64,000 nt of DNA from the NCBI GenBank assembly GCA_000165345.1, contig CM000430.1, forward strand, positions 320,001 through 384,000. Direction: 5' to 3'. A model generated the notes under the pieces. It made no database searches, had not been told where the DNA came from, and worked only from the letters and a program-made list of their open reading frames with translations. The stretch's first letter is position 1; each line of letters begins with the position of its first letter. Position numbers and translations under genes: made by a program. Below are positions 31,267-40,386 of the stretch, piece by piece.

Positions 31267-31566
31267 ATGTCTGTTGTATCTTATTCAAGATTTCTTGATA
31301 GTGCCATTATGGGAATATTTACTATTTGTTTGTCAGGTCTTACTCTTTATTTGTTTGGCGAATTTTGGGGACTGTGTCAGTCGCCACCTCTTTCTAAATG
31401 GAGCATTGGTAAAATCATGTCGACCTTATTTCCATTTAAAAGGACTTTTGATGTAAACCTGACTCACATATTACTCTTTTCAATTATTATTTGCTTATTA
31501 AGTTTAAGAAGTGATCAAGGTACAAACAGCTCAAAGTGTGGGCAAAAACAAAAAAGAAATGATTAG
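31267..31566 (+). CDS. Hypothetical small two-TM protein (99 aa)
   Basis: ATG verified. Two hydrophobic helices (IMGIFTICLSGLTLYLF, ILLFSIIICLLSL). No homologue recognised. It could be spurious. Confidence 0.3.
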   Translation: MSVVSYSRFLDSAIMGIFTICLSGLTLYLFGEFWGLCQSPPLSKWSIGKIMSTLFPFKRTFDVNLTHILLFSIIICLLSLRSDQGTNSSKCGQKQKRND

Positions 31567-32398
31567 CTATTATTACCCTCTTCTAAATGATTTAATATAT
31601 TTCCAGAGTTATATATTAACTACATATTTTGCTCATCATACAAGAATGTAGAACAAATCATTTTTTCAAGGCAACCCAATTATTTTATTTTAAGTGATTT
31701 AGATCATTATTTTTCACATTGCTTCCAAATTCAATTGTATAGTTGCAAAATTCTGATATTGAGTTGGCCCTGAACGTTTTGGCTTTATGCTCATCCATTA
31801 GTTGCGGTTCTTGCGACTATTGATCAATGCATCCATACATATTTATTTGTTTGCTGTTTTTGTCAACTAATCAAGGAAAAGAATGGGATATTTGATTTGT
31901 TCAGTTCGAGACGATCATACTGAAAGCAAATTAAGAAATAAATATCAAAGTATCAGTTAAATCTGATGTTTAACGATCATATAGATTACTATGGACTTGA
32001 AGTGCACTCTCACGAGCAGATAGCATTTCTAATTGTTTTTGTCATGCCTTCATTATTCGTTGAAATAACATAGAACAAATATTCAAAGCTAAGTTTAGGA
32101 TCTTTATTTTTTAACATTAAATTTAGTTGTAAAACAATATTTACAGAATTACTAGTATCCCTTAAGAATACCTCCCCAATATAGAAGGGATTAGACAGAG
32201 GAGAATAAAGCCATGTTAACATGAATTTTGGTATTGCCCTAATATTGTATTTTTTTTTTGTACTCACTAAAATTGTTTACCAATATAATTTCGGCATGCA
32301 CCGCCGGAACATGTCTTGTCGATTATTTACAAGTGGTAAACCGAATTTTTTGATTTGTTTTAATTAATTACAAAGTAGAATAAATCGAAATTTTGAAA

Positions 32399-32902
32399 AT
32401 GAACGAAAGTTCAACCCATATTCAGAGCAAAAAAATACCCCAAAATAGAATATCGGATATTCAAACAATTTTTCATTTATTTGATAAGGATAAAGATGGA
32501 AGCATTAGTGGGTCTGACTTATTTGAGACTTTCAAATCAATTGGGCTTGACATTCCTCCACAGCAAATAGATGTGCTTTTAAATGAAATAAAAGGGCGCG
32601 CAAGCACAGGTATGCAACAAGATCCAGCAATTTCTAGCTCTATTGATTGCGCAATGTTTTCTGGATTCATTAGTAGACAGCTTGACTCAGCACCTTTAAG
32701 TGAACAACTAAGGGAAACTTTTTCATTACTGGATATTAACGGAGATGGCTATATTACCCCAGAATGCTTAGCAGAAGTTTGCTCAAAGCTTGGCGTATCA
32801 CTTACTGATCAGGATGCAAGGCAATTAATGGTGCAATCAGATGGCCAAGCAAAAGCAGATTATAATAAATTTGTGAAGCTTATGCAACTTTCAAAGGGAT
32901 AA
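32399..32902 (+). CDS. EF-hand calcium-binding protein (calmodulin-like or myosin-light-chain-like)
   Basis: EF loops DKDKDGSISGSDL and DINGDGYITPECL. About 167 aa. The ORF-track start at 32393 is a TTG. The ATG is at 32399. Confidence 0.75.
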   Translation: MNESSTHIQSKKIPQNRISDIQTIFHLFDKDKDGSISGSDLFETFKSIGLDIPPQQIDVLLNEIKGRASTGMQQDPAISSSIDCAMFSGFISRQLDSAPLSEQLRETFSLLDINGDGYITPECLAEVCSKLGVSLTDQDARQLMVQSDGQAKADYNKFVKLMQLSKG

Positions 32903-33059
32903 CAAATTTAAATCAATATATTTTTACTTAGCATGTGTGGCATAAATTTGTTCCACACATCTAGTTAAAAACTAGCTTAATAATATTAATAATGTACTAT
33001 TTCATTGAAAAAATAACAAATTTTTTTATTTGGTACGAATATAAATATTTATTAAATGA

Positions 33060-36000
33060 ATGCTTAAGATGGATGGAACTGAAAAAATAATTAAAAAAAA
33101 CAATGCTTTGCTCATTTTATTCTTAATGATTTTTTTGATAATTGAAATTGGAATTGGAATCTATATAAAATTAGAAATGAGCAATGCACGACTTAACTAT
33201 AATATTTTGTTGAACTCTATATTGGAAAACTCTAGATCCCTTTATCTTGGTATTAATGATGGTATACTGCAACTCTATTCTTGTGAAGAAAATATTGAGC
33301 AAAAAATAAAAACTGAGATGACTAAATATTTGAATGCAATTCCAAATATTGCATATTCTTTTCCTTTTTCGTTTTGTTTAAGTAACTTTGATTTTAGAGA
33401 CATCACCAGCAATATTTATTATGATTATTTATCAATTGATGTGGATTTTTGGATAACTAATTCATTTTCAAATTTTTCTGGTATTCTTAAAAGCATTGAG
33501 AACTGTATGAATAACTCTCTATCATATGCGCTTTCACAAGAGTCTGCCTTCTTATTAGAACCTATTATAGTTTCAAAGAAACAAATGTGGGCAATTCATC
33601 AAAAAATGAGAAATTACTCAATTAATATGGCAAATGAAGAATTCAAATTCGGTCAAAACACTCTAATTTGTAATAATTCAATGATACATGATTTGGAGGG
33701 TAGTCCAAGGATCACAGGAGTTTTAATCAATGGAAGCGAATATCAGGCACCTCTATTTAAAATAGATACAAAATCTCTGGATAAAGATGTTATTAATTTT
33801 GCAATTAGCGGTGATATTAACAGCGAGGAAACTGGGATTAGTCTCGATAATATCATTGAAAATACCCGATTAGTACAAAGTAGTAAAATAAAACTAAATG
33901 GAATAAATCAAATTGTCCATGAGTCAGAAGATAATGAGTTTCCGAAACATTTAAGCGAAATTAAATTTTTAAATCAATTATTTGCTAGTCCGCAAGAAGA
34001 AAACATTTTTGTAAATATCTCGAATCCAAGAATACTAGACGTTAATGGTGTTATTAATTACAGTAATGGTTTTAAATCAGCATTTAATAGAACGATTTAC
34101 ATTCCAACTTCCTCTTTATTAAGCATTGTTGAAGTATTTTCTGAAGGTATGAAGGAGTTAGAGAGAAATATGGGCAATAATTTAGTGGGAAATATCATGC
34201 TAATCCGGGTTTTTTCGATAATAATAATTCTTATTTCTTTGGTTTTTACGGCGACTATTTTTATTCCATTGATATTGATTGAGAGTGAAAAAGGAAAGGA
34301 AATATTCTCAAATTATGGGTTTTTAATAGTAGAAAGATATAAGTATTTTTCTAGGAAATACTCCCGTGAAACTAATAGTTCTCTGGGAGAATTCTATTCA
34401 TTATTTGAGAAGCTTTTTAATGTTATTCATAAAGTTTTTGAGGGCAAAAAAAAAGAAAAAAATAAGATTACAAAAATAAATGAGACTCCAATTCTAGCTA
34501 TATCCAAAAATATTGAATTGAATATTGTCTACAAACAATTAATGGGGATATTCAGGTTTAAATTATGTTATGTTTGGAAGTTTTCTATTTTAAACTCATA
34601 CTGCCTAGCGATAATTAACAATCAACAAAGTGAATTTATTGTTATTGACAATATTAACACAAATATGAATTCAATATTGGAGAATGTCTCAAAATTGATA
34701 GATGGAGATTCATCAACGATCGAAGTAATAACTAAAATTAACAGCAAAAGTATTGATAATAATGATTACTTCAAATTATTTCTATATTACATCGTCATTT
34801 CTAATTTAGTTCACTCTATTAATTCAATAATAGACAAAAACGAAAAAATCAAACTCAAGTCTGAAAAAAGATCAATCATGTTATCAATCAATTCAGAACA
34901 AGATATATCTTCATTAAATAACTATTTAAATTTTGCAAATTTCATTAATTCATTTGACAGAAATTTCAAAGTAAGAGATTTTCGTGAATGCTTTGAGGAA
35001 TTTAATATAGATAATAATGTGCTTAGTATTCTAATTGAACGATTAAATCTAGAATTTTTGATTAAACCTAATTCTAATGAACTATTAATAGATATAACAA
35101 AAAAATATAAAAGCAATCAATTAATTAATAACTCTAGTAAAAACAATTATTTACAAAATGAAACATTGGGAAATGAATTGACATTTGTCTTGATACTGGA
35201 AAATTTTGCTCCATATCAAAATTATATTTTAGAATATGAATGCTCAAAAATGAACCTCAATTTTATCAGAACAAAATATTCAAACTTAAATCTGATTCCA
35301 TTCATTAACGTGGAAGTTCTAATTATTTTCGCCAACAAAGTATTGATCAAACAAGACGAAATAATTAGATTTGTTTCGAAAATTACTAATGAACAATCTA
35401 TTATTCGTGAAATAGTTATTTTTTGGTTGGAGAATGACGAAATTATTCTTCAAGATTTGAAGTGTCATAGTAATTCAGATAAAAAAGGCTTTGATAACTT
35501 TAAATTATCAAACTCGGTGGATAAGATGAGCTATTATATAGCCAAATCAAGTCAGAGTGCTCGCTATTTATTAGATAACAATAATTCCTTAAATACTGAG
35601 TATGTGAGCAATATTCAAAAGTTTATTAAAGCAAAAATTAGTCAACATTCATTAAAAGAACCACTTTCTCATTCAAGCATAAAAAAGTTGCTATCAAATT
35701 TTGTTCCCAAGAAAACTAGAGTAGATAGTCAGTTTTTACTATCAAATTCTCCTCTTCAAAATTTTATTGATATCATTGATAATAAAATTTATTTGCAATT
35801 ATCAAAGATTAACTTCTTTGCAAATAATTTTATTTTCGAATTAAATGATTTAAAGTCTAGTGAAAAAAACTTTGATTGCGATGAAAATAATTATTTATCA
35901 AATGAATATACAGAAATGAATAACAATGGAGTTCTAATTAAAGAATTGCAACTAAAAATATCAGTATTTTCGATGATTAGACCGTATAATTTGAAAAAAT

Positions 36001-36563
36001 ATTTCAATCGAAAATCAGAAAAATTAGATTTTGTAAATTTAGTATCATTAAATGGAGATTTGAATATCAAAGATTTAGCCAACGAACTTTTATCTATATC
36101 AGAATCTGAATTAACGTCTAGAATAAAAAATGGGATTCAAGATATTTTTCAATTGCTGTCAGTTGAGAAATTGCCAGAAAAAATCGACTTATTTATGGAT
36201 TTTTGGGAATTTATTAAGAGAAATGCTTTGATCAAAAATGGGAAATTTCTGCAGTATTATTGTCCTAAATTAGTCTTACATTGTATACTTGTATTAGAAT
36301 TTTTAATTAAAAACTCAATAGGTTTGATTGAAAATATTGTCTTTGATTCCAGCAACATATTGGCACTAATTATCAGCTTTATTTCAATTCCATTTATTAA
36401 ACCTGGAATTACATCTGACATTATATCACTTTCAAATGAGATTGTTCCAATTTATTCCAATAAACTTGCGCCTTTAGAAATCCAAATATGCAGTATTTTG
36501 GAAAAAATTTTATCCTTTACAAAGTTCTCTAATTTATTTGATGATTTGGAGGTAAGTTGGTAG
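33060..36563 (+). CDS. Large (1167 aa or more) Asn/Ile-rich membrane protein with receptor-like topology. A 3' spliced extension is possible.
   Basis: TM1 ALLILFLMIFLIIEIGIGIYI. About 340 aa of predicted extracellular domain. TM2 LVGNIMLIRVFSIIIILISLVFTATIFIPLIL. About 770 aa cytoplasmic with no motif I can name. The annotated stop TAG lies 6 nt after an in-frame GAG|GTAAGT donor at 36552. See findings. Confidence 0.55.
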   Translation: MLKMDGTEKIIKKNNALLILFLMIFLIIEIGIGIYIKLEMSNARLNYNILLNSILENSRSLYLGINDGILQLYSCEENIEQKIKTEMTKYLNAIPNIAYSFPFSFCLSNFDFRDITSNIYYDYLSIDVDFWITNSFSNFSGILKSIENCMNNSLSYALSQESAFLLEPIIVSKKQMWAIHQKMRNYSINMANEEFKFGQNTLICNNSMIHDLEGSPRITGVLINGSEYQAPLFKIDTKSLDKDVINFAISGDINSEETGISLDNIIENTRLVQSSKIKLNGINQIVHESEDNEFPKHLSEIKFLNQLFASPQEENIFVNISNPRILDVNGVINYSNGFKSAFNRTIYIPTSSLLSIVEVFSEGMKELERNMGNNLVGNIMLIRVFSIIIILISLVFTATIFIPLILIESEKGKEIFSNYGFLIVERYKYFSRKYSRETNSSLGEFYSLFEKLFNVIHKVFEGKKKEKNKITKINETPILAISKNIELNIVYKQLMGIFRFKLCYVWKFSILNSYCLAIINNQQSEFIVIDNINTNMNSILENVSKLIDGDSSTIEVITKINSKSIDNNDYFKLFLYYIVISNLVHSINSIIDKNEKIKLKSEKRSIMLSINSEQDISSLNNYLNFANFINSFDRNFKVRDFRECFEEFNIDNNVLSILIERLNLEFLIKPNSNELLIDITKKYKSNQLINNSSKNNYLQNETLGNELTFVLILENFAPYQNYILEYECSKMNLNFIRTKYSNLNLIPFINVEVLIIFANKVLIKQDEIIRFVSKITNEQSIIREIVIFWLENDEIILQDLKCHSNSDKKGFDNFKLSNSVDKMSYYIAKSSQSARYLLDNNNSLNTEYVSNIQKFIKAKISQHSLKEPLSHSSIKKLLSNFVPKKTRVDSQFLLSNSPLQNFIDIIDNKIYLQLSKINFFANNFIFELNDLKSSEKNFDCDENNYLSNEYTEMNNNGVLIKELQLKISVFSMIRPYNLKKYFNRKSEKLDFVNLVSLNGDLNIKDLANELLSISESELTSRIKNGIQDIFQLLSVEKLPEKIDLFMDFWEFIKRNALIKNGKFLQYYCPKLVLHCILVLEFLIKNSIGLIENIVFDSSNILALIISFISIPFIKPGITSDIISLSNEIVPIYSNKLAPLEIQICSILEKILSFTKFSNLFDDLEVSW

Positions 36564-37183
36564 CTTTCATAAAATTCCAAAATTAGTTATGTTCAGAAAT
36601 GTAAAATGTTAATTCTAGTAAATATTTTGTCTCTTAACGAAGAAATATCATTTGGAATTAAACATTGGTTAAACGAAAGTGTAAATAATCAGAATGGCAT
36701 GGGAGCATCTCTTATTTTTTGCGAACCAATTATCAATCATATAGTACGAGATAGTAACGTACTTTTTGTATCAATTCTTTTTAATACAAGTAAGTTAATA
36801 TTAGCTATTCCAATAATTAATTATGCTTCTAAGTTTTATTTAGCCAGACTTTGTTTCAGAAAGAATACTCTATGGCATGGGTAAAAAGGTGGATTACTCA
36901 AAAGTATTGGGAAGATCAATTTGAAGAAGCACTGAATAAACATTTTAACACAAAATTACCAATTAAAGTTAAACCATTTCCTAACGGGTCAGACCTATTC
37001 AATAACCTTACTATTCAATGGTTAAATGCTATATATCAATTTGATCAACTTTATTCTGAAAATGCATATGAAGGCAAATTCTTTGTTAAAGCGTTTACTA
37101 GAATTAGAAAAAACTTTCATGCTTGGAATGATGAATATAAAAAAAGTAAATGGGATATTTGAAATTTCGATGAATGGATGAAT

Positions 37184-38983
37184 TCAATTACTATATATTG
37201 AAGAGACTGAAAGAAGAATATATGGGATAATTTCAGTATTGTAAATTGAAGTAATCTTATCAATGTTAATCGCTAACCAACTTTCAATTTGAGGATTTGA
37301 GTTGGATATATGGAAATTCCTCAAGTCTTCAATTTCTATTAAAATTAATGATAAAAATTCATCTGTTAGGTCCAAAATAAAGGGCTCCAAAGATTTTAAT
37401 GGGCATTGCTTTATCTCATTTAAAATATTAGCAAACTCGTTTTTGAGAATCGAAAACGGTCTAATTTGATTAACTCTCATATTATTGGTTTGAATTTCAT
37501 CGCTCCAGTCAAATTCTCTTAACTCGAATGAAAAAATGCTCAGACAAAACTCGAGCATTTTTCTATAGTATTCGACCATATAATTTTCTAGAAAAGAAAT
37601 TGTTATTAACAAAATAGGTTTTGAAAATGAGAAAACATTGTAAATTTGCAAATATAAATCTTGACAAGATGAAAATGTAATTGGAACGTTATTTAAATCA
37701 AATTGAGCAACGTAGATTGTCTTTGTAGATAATGATTTTTGCGAAAAAGATTTAATTGAGCGATTACCTAGTGCCAAATTTTTATTTTCAAGATGCTTAT
37801 TATTTACCAAAGTTAGTGACTTTTTGCAAAAGCAAACAAACCAATTCATGTAGTAATTCAACCAAGAATTAGATAGCCAAGAAAAATCACATTCACTCGA
37901 AAATAGTGAATTGAATGTTGATATAACGTTTGGCAATAGCGAATTGAATAGTGTTATGGCACATTTCAAAGATGCGCAGCAATTCAATTTAGAAAGCATA
38001 TTTGATTTATTTCTATATTCAATATCAATGAATTCACTCCTAGACTTCAAAAAAATTTTTGCAAGCATAGAACTCATTATTAAATAATCAGACTCTGAGC
38101 TGATTTTGTTATACAGGCATATTTCTTCTAAAAACCCGTGTTTTGGTTTAGTTATTTCGCTATTTAGAGTTATTAATCTTCTAAGATGGCCAATAATTTC
38201 CACAGTGTTTAGCAGAGATTGTTGATCAAAATTTAGTCGAGACTTAATTGACGAGTAGAGTGAATCTTTTACCAACTCCATTTTATGTTTTGTTGTCTCA
38301 ATAAGTGTTGAAATGAAAGAGTTCTCTTCATTTTGCCAAACTTTGTTATATGAAATTGAAGCTTCTAGTAGCTTTATGGTTGATTCAAAATATTCAAGTG
38401 TGTCCAAAGCATCATCTGTCATATTTGCAGAAACAAAGCTTTCAATAAGTTTTGGTAATTCTATTAGTTCAACTATAAGTTTTAAAATATTTCTCAAAAT
38501 AGTTAGCTTCCTAAATTGAGATAGTTTTTGTAGTAATATCGATTGGCTTGAATTAGATTTCTGAGTAACTATTGAAAAAAAATGATTGATTGTTACGTTT
38601 GCTCTCTTTTCGAAACCGATGAATTTTTTTCTAATTTCTGTAACAACTTGTTTATTTCTTTTTATAAGTTTTGTTGAATTATACAATGTGGATCTTTGGA
38701 CAGAGCTTCTTAATTTTTGTAGCTCTAAATCTAGGGACCTATACTCTGATAGAAGTTTATTCGGGTATTCCGATGCCAATAATGGTAATAAGTAGCTTTG
38801 ATTGTTAGAGGTGATTTCATCTTGAAGAGCACAATTAATACTCGAATTTACTCCTTTATATGGAGAACTTTGTTTTAAATATTGAAATCTTACATCCTTC
38901 TTTGGTATTTTATCTTCATTAAAACCCCCACGCTTTAAGTTATTTTGTAATAGGGATATTAATTCAATATCATACTCATGCAT
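37184..38983 (-). CDS. Hypothetical 599-aa alpha-helical protein (possible vesicle-tethering or COG-like subunit, very tentative)
   Basis: ATG verified. N-terminal coiled-coil-like segment followed by a long helical region. No diagnostic motif. Confidence 0.45.
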   Translation of the reverse strand: MHEYDIELISLLQNNLKRGGFNEDKIPKKDVRFQYLKQSSPYKGVNSSINCALQDEITSNNQSYLLPLLASEYPNKLLSEYRSLDLELQKLRSSVQRSTLYNSTKLIKRNKQVVTEIRKKFIGFEKRANVTINHFFSIVTQKSNSSQSILLQKLSQFRKLTILRNILKLIVELIELPKLIESFVSANMTDDALDTLEYFESTIKLLEASISYNKVWQNEENSFISTLIETTKHKMELVKDSLYSSIKSRLNFDQQSLLNTVEIIGHLRRLITLNSEITKPKHGFLEEICLYNKISSESDYLIMSSMLAKIFLKSRSEFIDIEYRNKSNMLSKLNCCASLKCAITLFNSLLPNVISTFNSLFSSECDFSWLSNSWLNYYMNWFVCFCKKSLTLVNNKHLENKNLALGNRSIKSFSQKSLSTKTIYVAQFDLNNVPITFSSCQDLYLQIYNVFSFSKPILLITISFLENYMVEYYRKMLEFCLSIFSFELREFDWSDEIQTNNMRVNQIRPFSILKNEFANILNEIKQCPLKSLEPFILDLTDEFLSLILIEIEDLRNFHISNSNPQIESWLAINIDKITSIYNTEIIPYILLSVSSIYSN

Positions 38984-39061
38984 TGCTTTATTTGGGGAAA
39001 AAAAAAAAAACTGATTTATTCTACCGCTTTTCTGATAATACTTGAAAATTGGAACTTAAAT

Positions 39062-40204
39062 ATGTTTGAATTGGAAAAATTATTAGCAAGTTATAGCCAT
39101 CCAATTTTAAGAGAAAGGATAGAATATTTCGGAAGATTTCAACAGGATATTTTAGATAGTAATTACCCCAATATTGCATCATTCAACCTTTTAGAACAGG
39201 GAAATGAAACCATTTTTGACTACGATGGCTTCGTTTATAAATTATACCTTTCTTTTGCGAGTAATACAGAAGTAAACAAGAAAAACAATACATCAGAAAA
39301 CAAGGAAAATGATCTGAAGATTGTGCCATTAAAAGATATACGCAGAGAATCTTCTAAACATTTAAATTTAGTTATAGAGGTTTACAATACTCATATTAGG
39401 CAGCTTTGGAATGACGCAAAACAACTTATTGAACATTATAAGAGCATTATTAGTAATGCTATTGAAATTTATGAGTCTCACAACTTGGATAACTGTTTAA
39501 TTATTTATTTGCCGAACAATGCAATATCTGAAATATTTTCCGATTTAAATAATCGGAATGCGACAAAAAGCGCAGCTTTTGAAATGATTACCTCTTCAAT
39601 AAAAAGTTGTCTTTATTGCGGTAGCGTATTGAATACTATAAGATATATATCATTCTATTGTTTTTTGGATAACAAAACTATTTCAGAAGATATTGGTATT
39701 CAAGGTTTTTCCCTAATTTACATTACTTTACTTTCAAATAAGAAAATATATGCATTTTACCCCGATTCAAAAAATAAATATAAATTTGCAATACTAGCAA
39801 TCGAGTTTTTAGATAAATTAATTAAAAGTAATATATTAACTAGCAACTTTATTCAAGAATTATCAATTGCAATAAACCAAAGTGAGATTTCTATTTTTAA
39901 AAATATGCTTGATTCGAATGCAATATCAATATCATATTCAAGCTCGCTGCCAAAAAGTGCCAATGAAATTCTTTATAATCAAAAATCAGACAGTTCATCT
40001 GGTGAGAAATCGTTTATGATATTTTGCATCCCGATTTCTTGGTTAGACTCAACAGACGACTATATCAAATTATACTTCGCTGGGCTCATTACGTTGATAA
40101 ATAACATATTGCTGCAAATGATCCCACAGTGCAAAAGCACGATTAGATGTGGATTAAGGAAATTTGTGCTCGAATTAACTAGCCAGGAATGCGAGGGTTG
40201 CTAA
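39062..40204 (+). CDS. Hypothetical protein (about 380 aa)
   Basis: Open frame. An upstream in-frame ATG at 38978 would overlap the divergent gene start at 38983, so the ATG at 39062 is preferred. No family recognised. Confidence 0.4.
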   Translation: MFELEKLLASYSHPILRERIEYFGRFQQDILDSNYPNIASFNLLEQGNETIFDYDGFVYKLYLSFASNTEVNKKNNTSENKENDLKIVPLKDIRRESSKHLNLVIEVYNTHIRQLWNDAKQLIEHYKSIISNAIEIYESHNLDNCLIIYLPNNAISEIFSDLNNRNATKSAAFEMITSSIKSCLYCGSVLNTIRYISFYCFLDNKTISEDIGIQGFSLIYITLLSNKKIYAFYPDSKNKYKFAILAIEFLDKLIKSNILTSNFIQELSIAINQSEISIFKNMLDSNAISISYSSSLPKSANEILYNQKSDSSSGEKSFMIFCIPISWLDSTDDYIKLYFAGLITLINNILLQMIPQCKSTIRCGLRKFVLELTSQECEGC

Positions 40205-40386
40205 TACACTTTTGTACCAGTTTTAAGCTTTATTAATTTCGTAGCGCCTTAATTACCACATTATTAAGCGCCTACGAAGAATTTGTGCTGAAGCTATTTT
40301 ATGAGTACCTACTAAACAAAACTTTACGTAAACAGTAATTGTTATTCGTAACACTTGAAATCAAATAACAATATATACTCGGGACA

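Noticed and set aside
32010-32267. 85-aa minus-strand ORF in an 820-bp intergenic region
   Set aside because: No conserved features. It may be a small gene, but the evidence is too weak to call.
36606-37162. Two overlapping small ORFs as independent genes
   Set aside because: The first ATG (36606) follows a CAG acceptor in frame with the upstream giant ORF. The second ORF starts on TTG. They are more likely 3' exons of the 33060 gene or non-coding. No promoter-sized gap is available.
38978-39061. Upstream ATG extending the 39062 gene
   Set aside because: It would overlap the start codon of the divergent gene at 38983 and encodes a non-conserved hydrophobic stretch. The downstream ATG is preferred.
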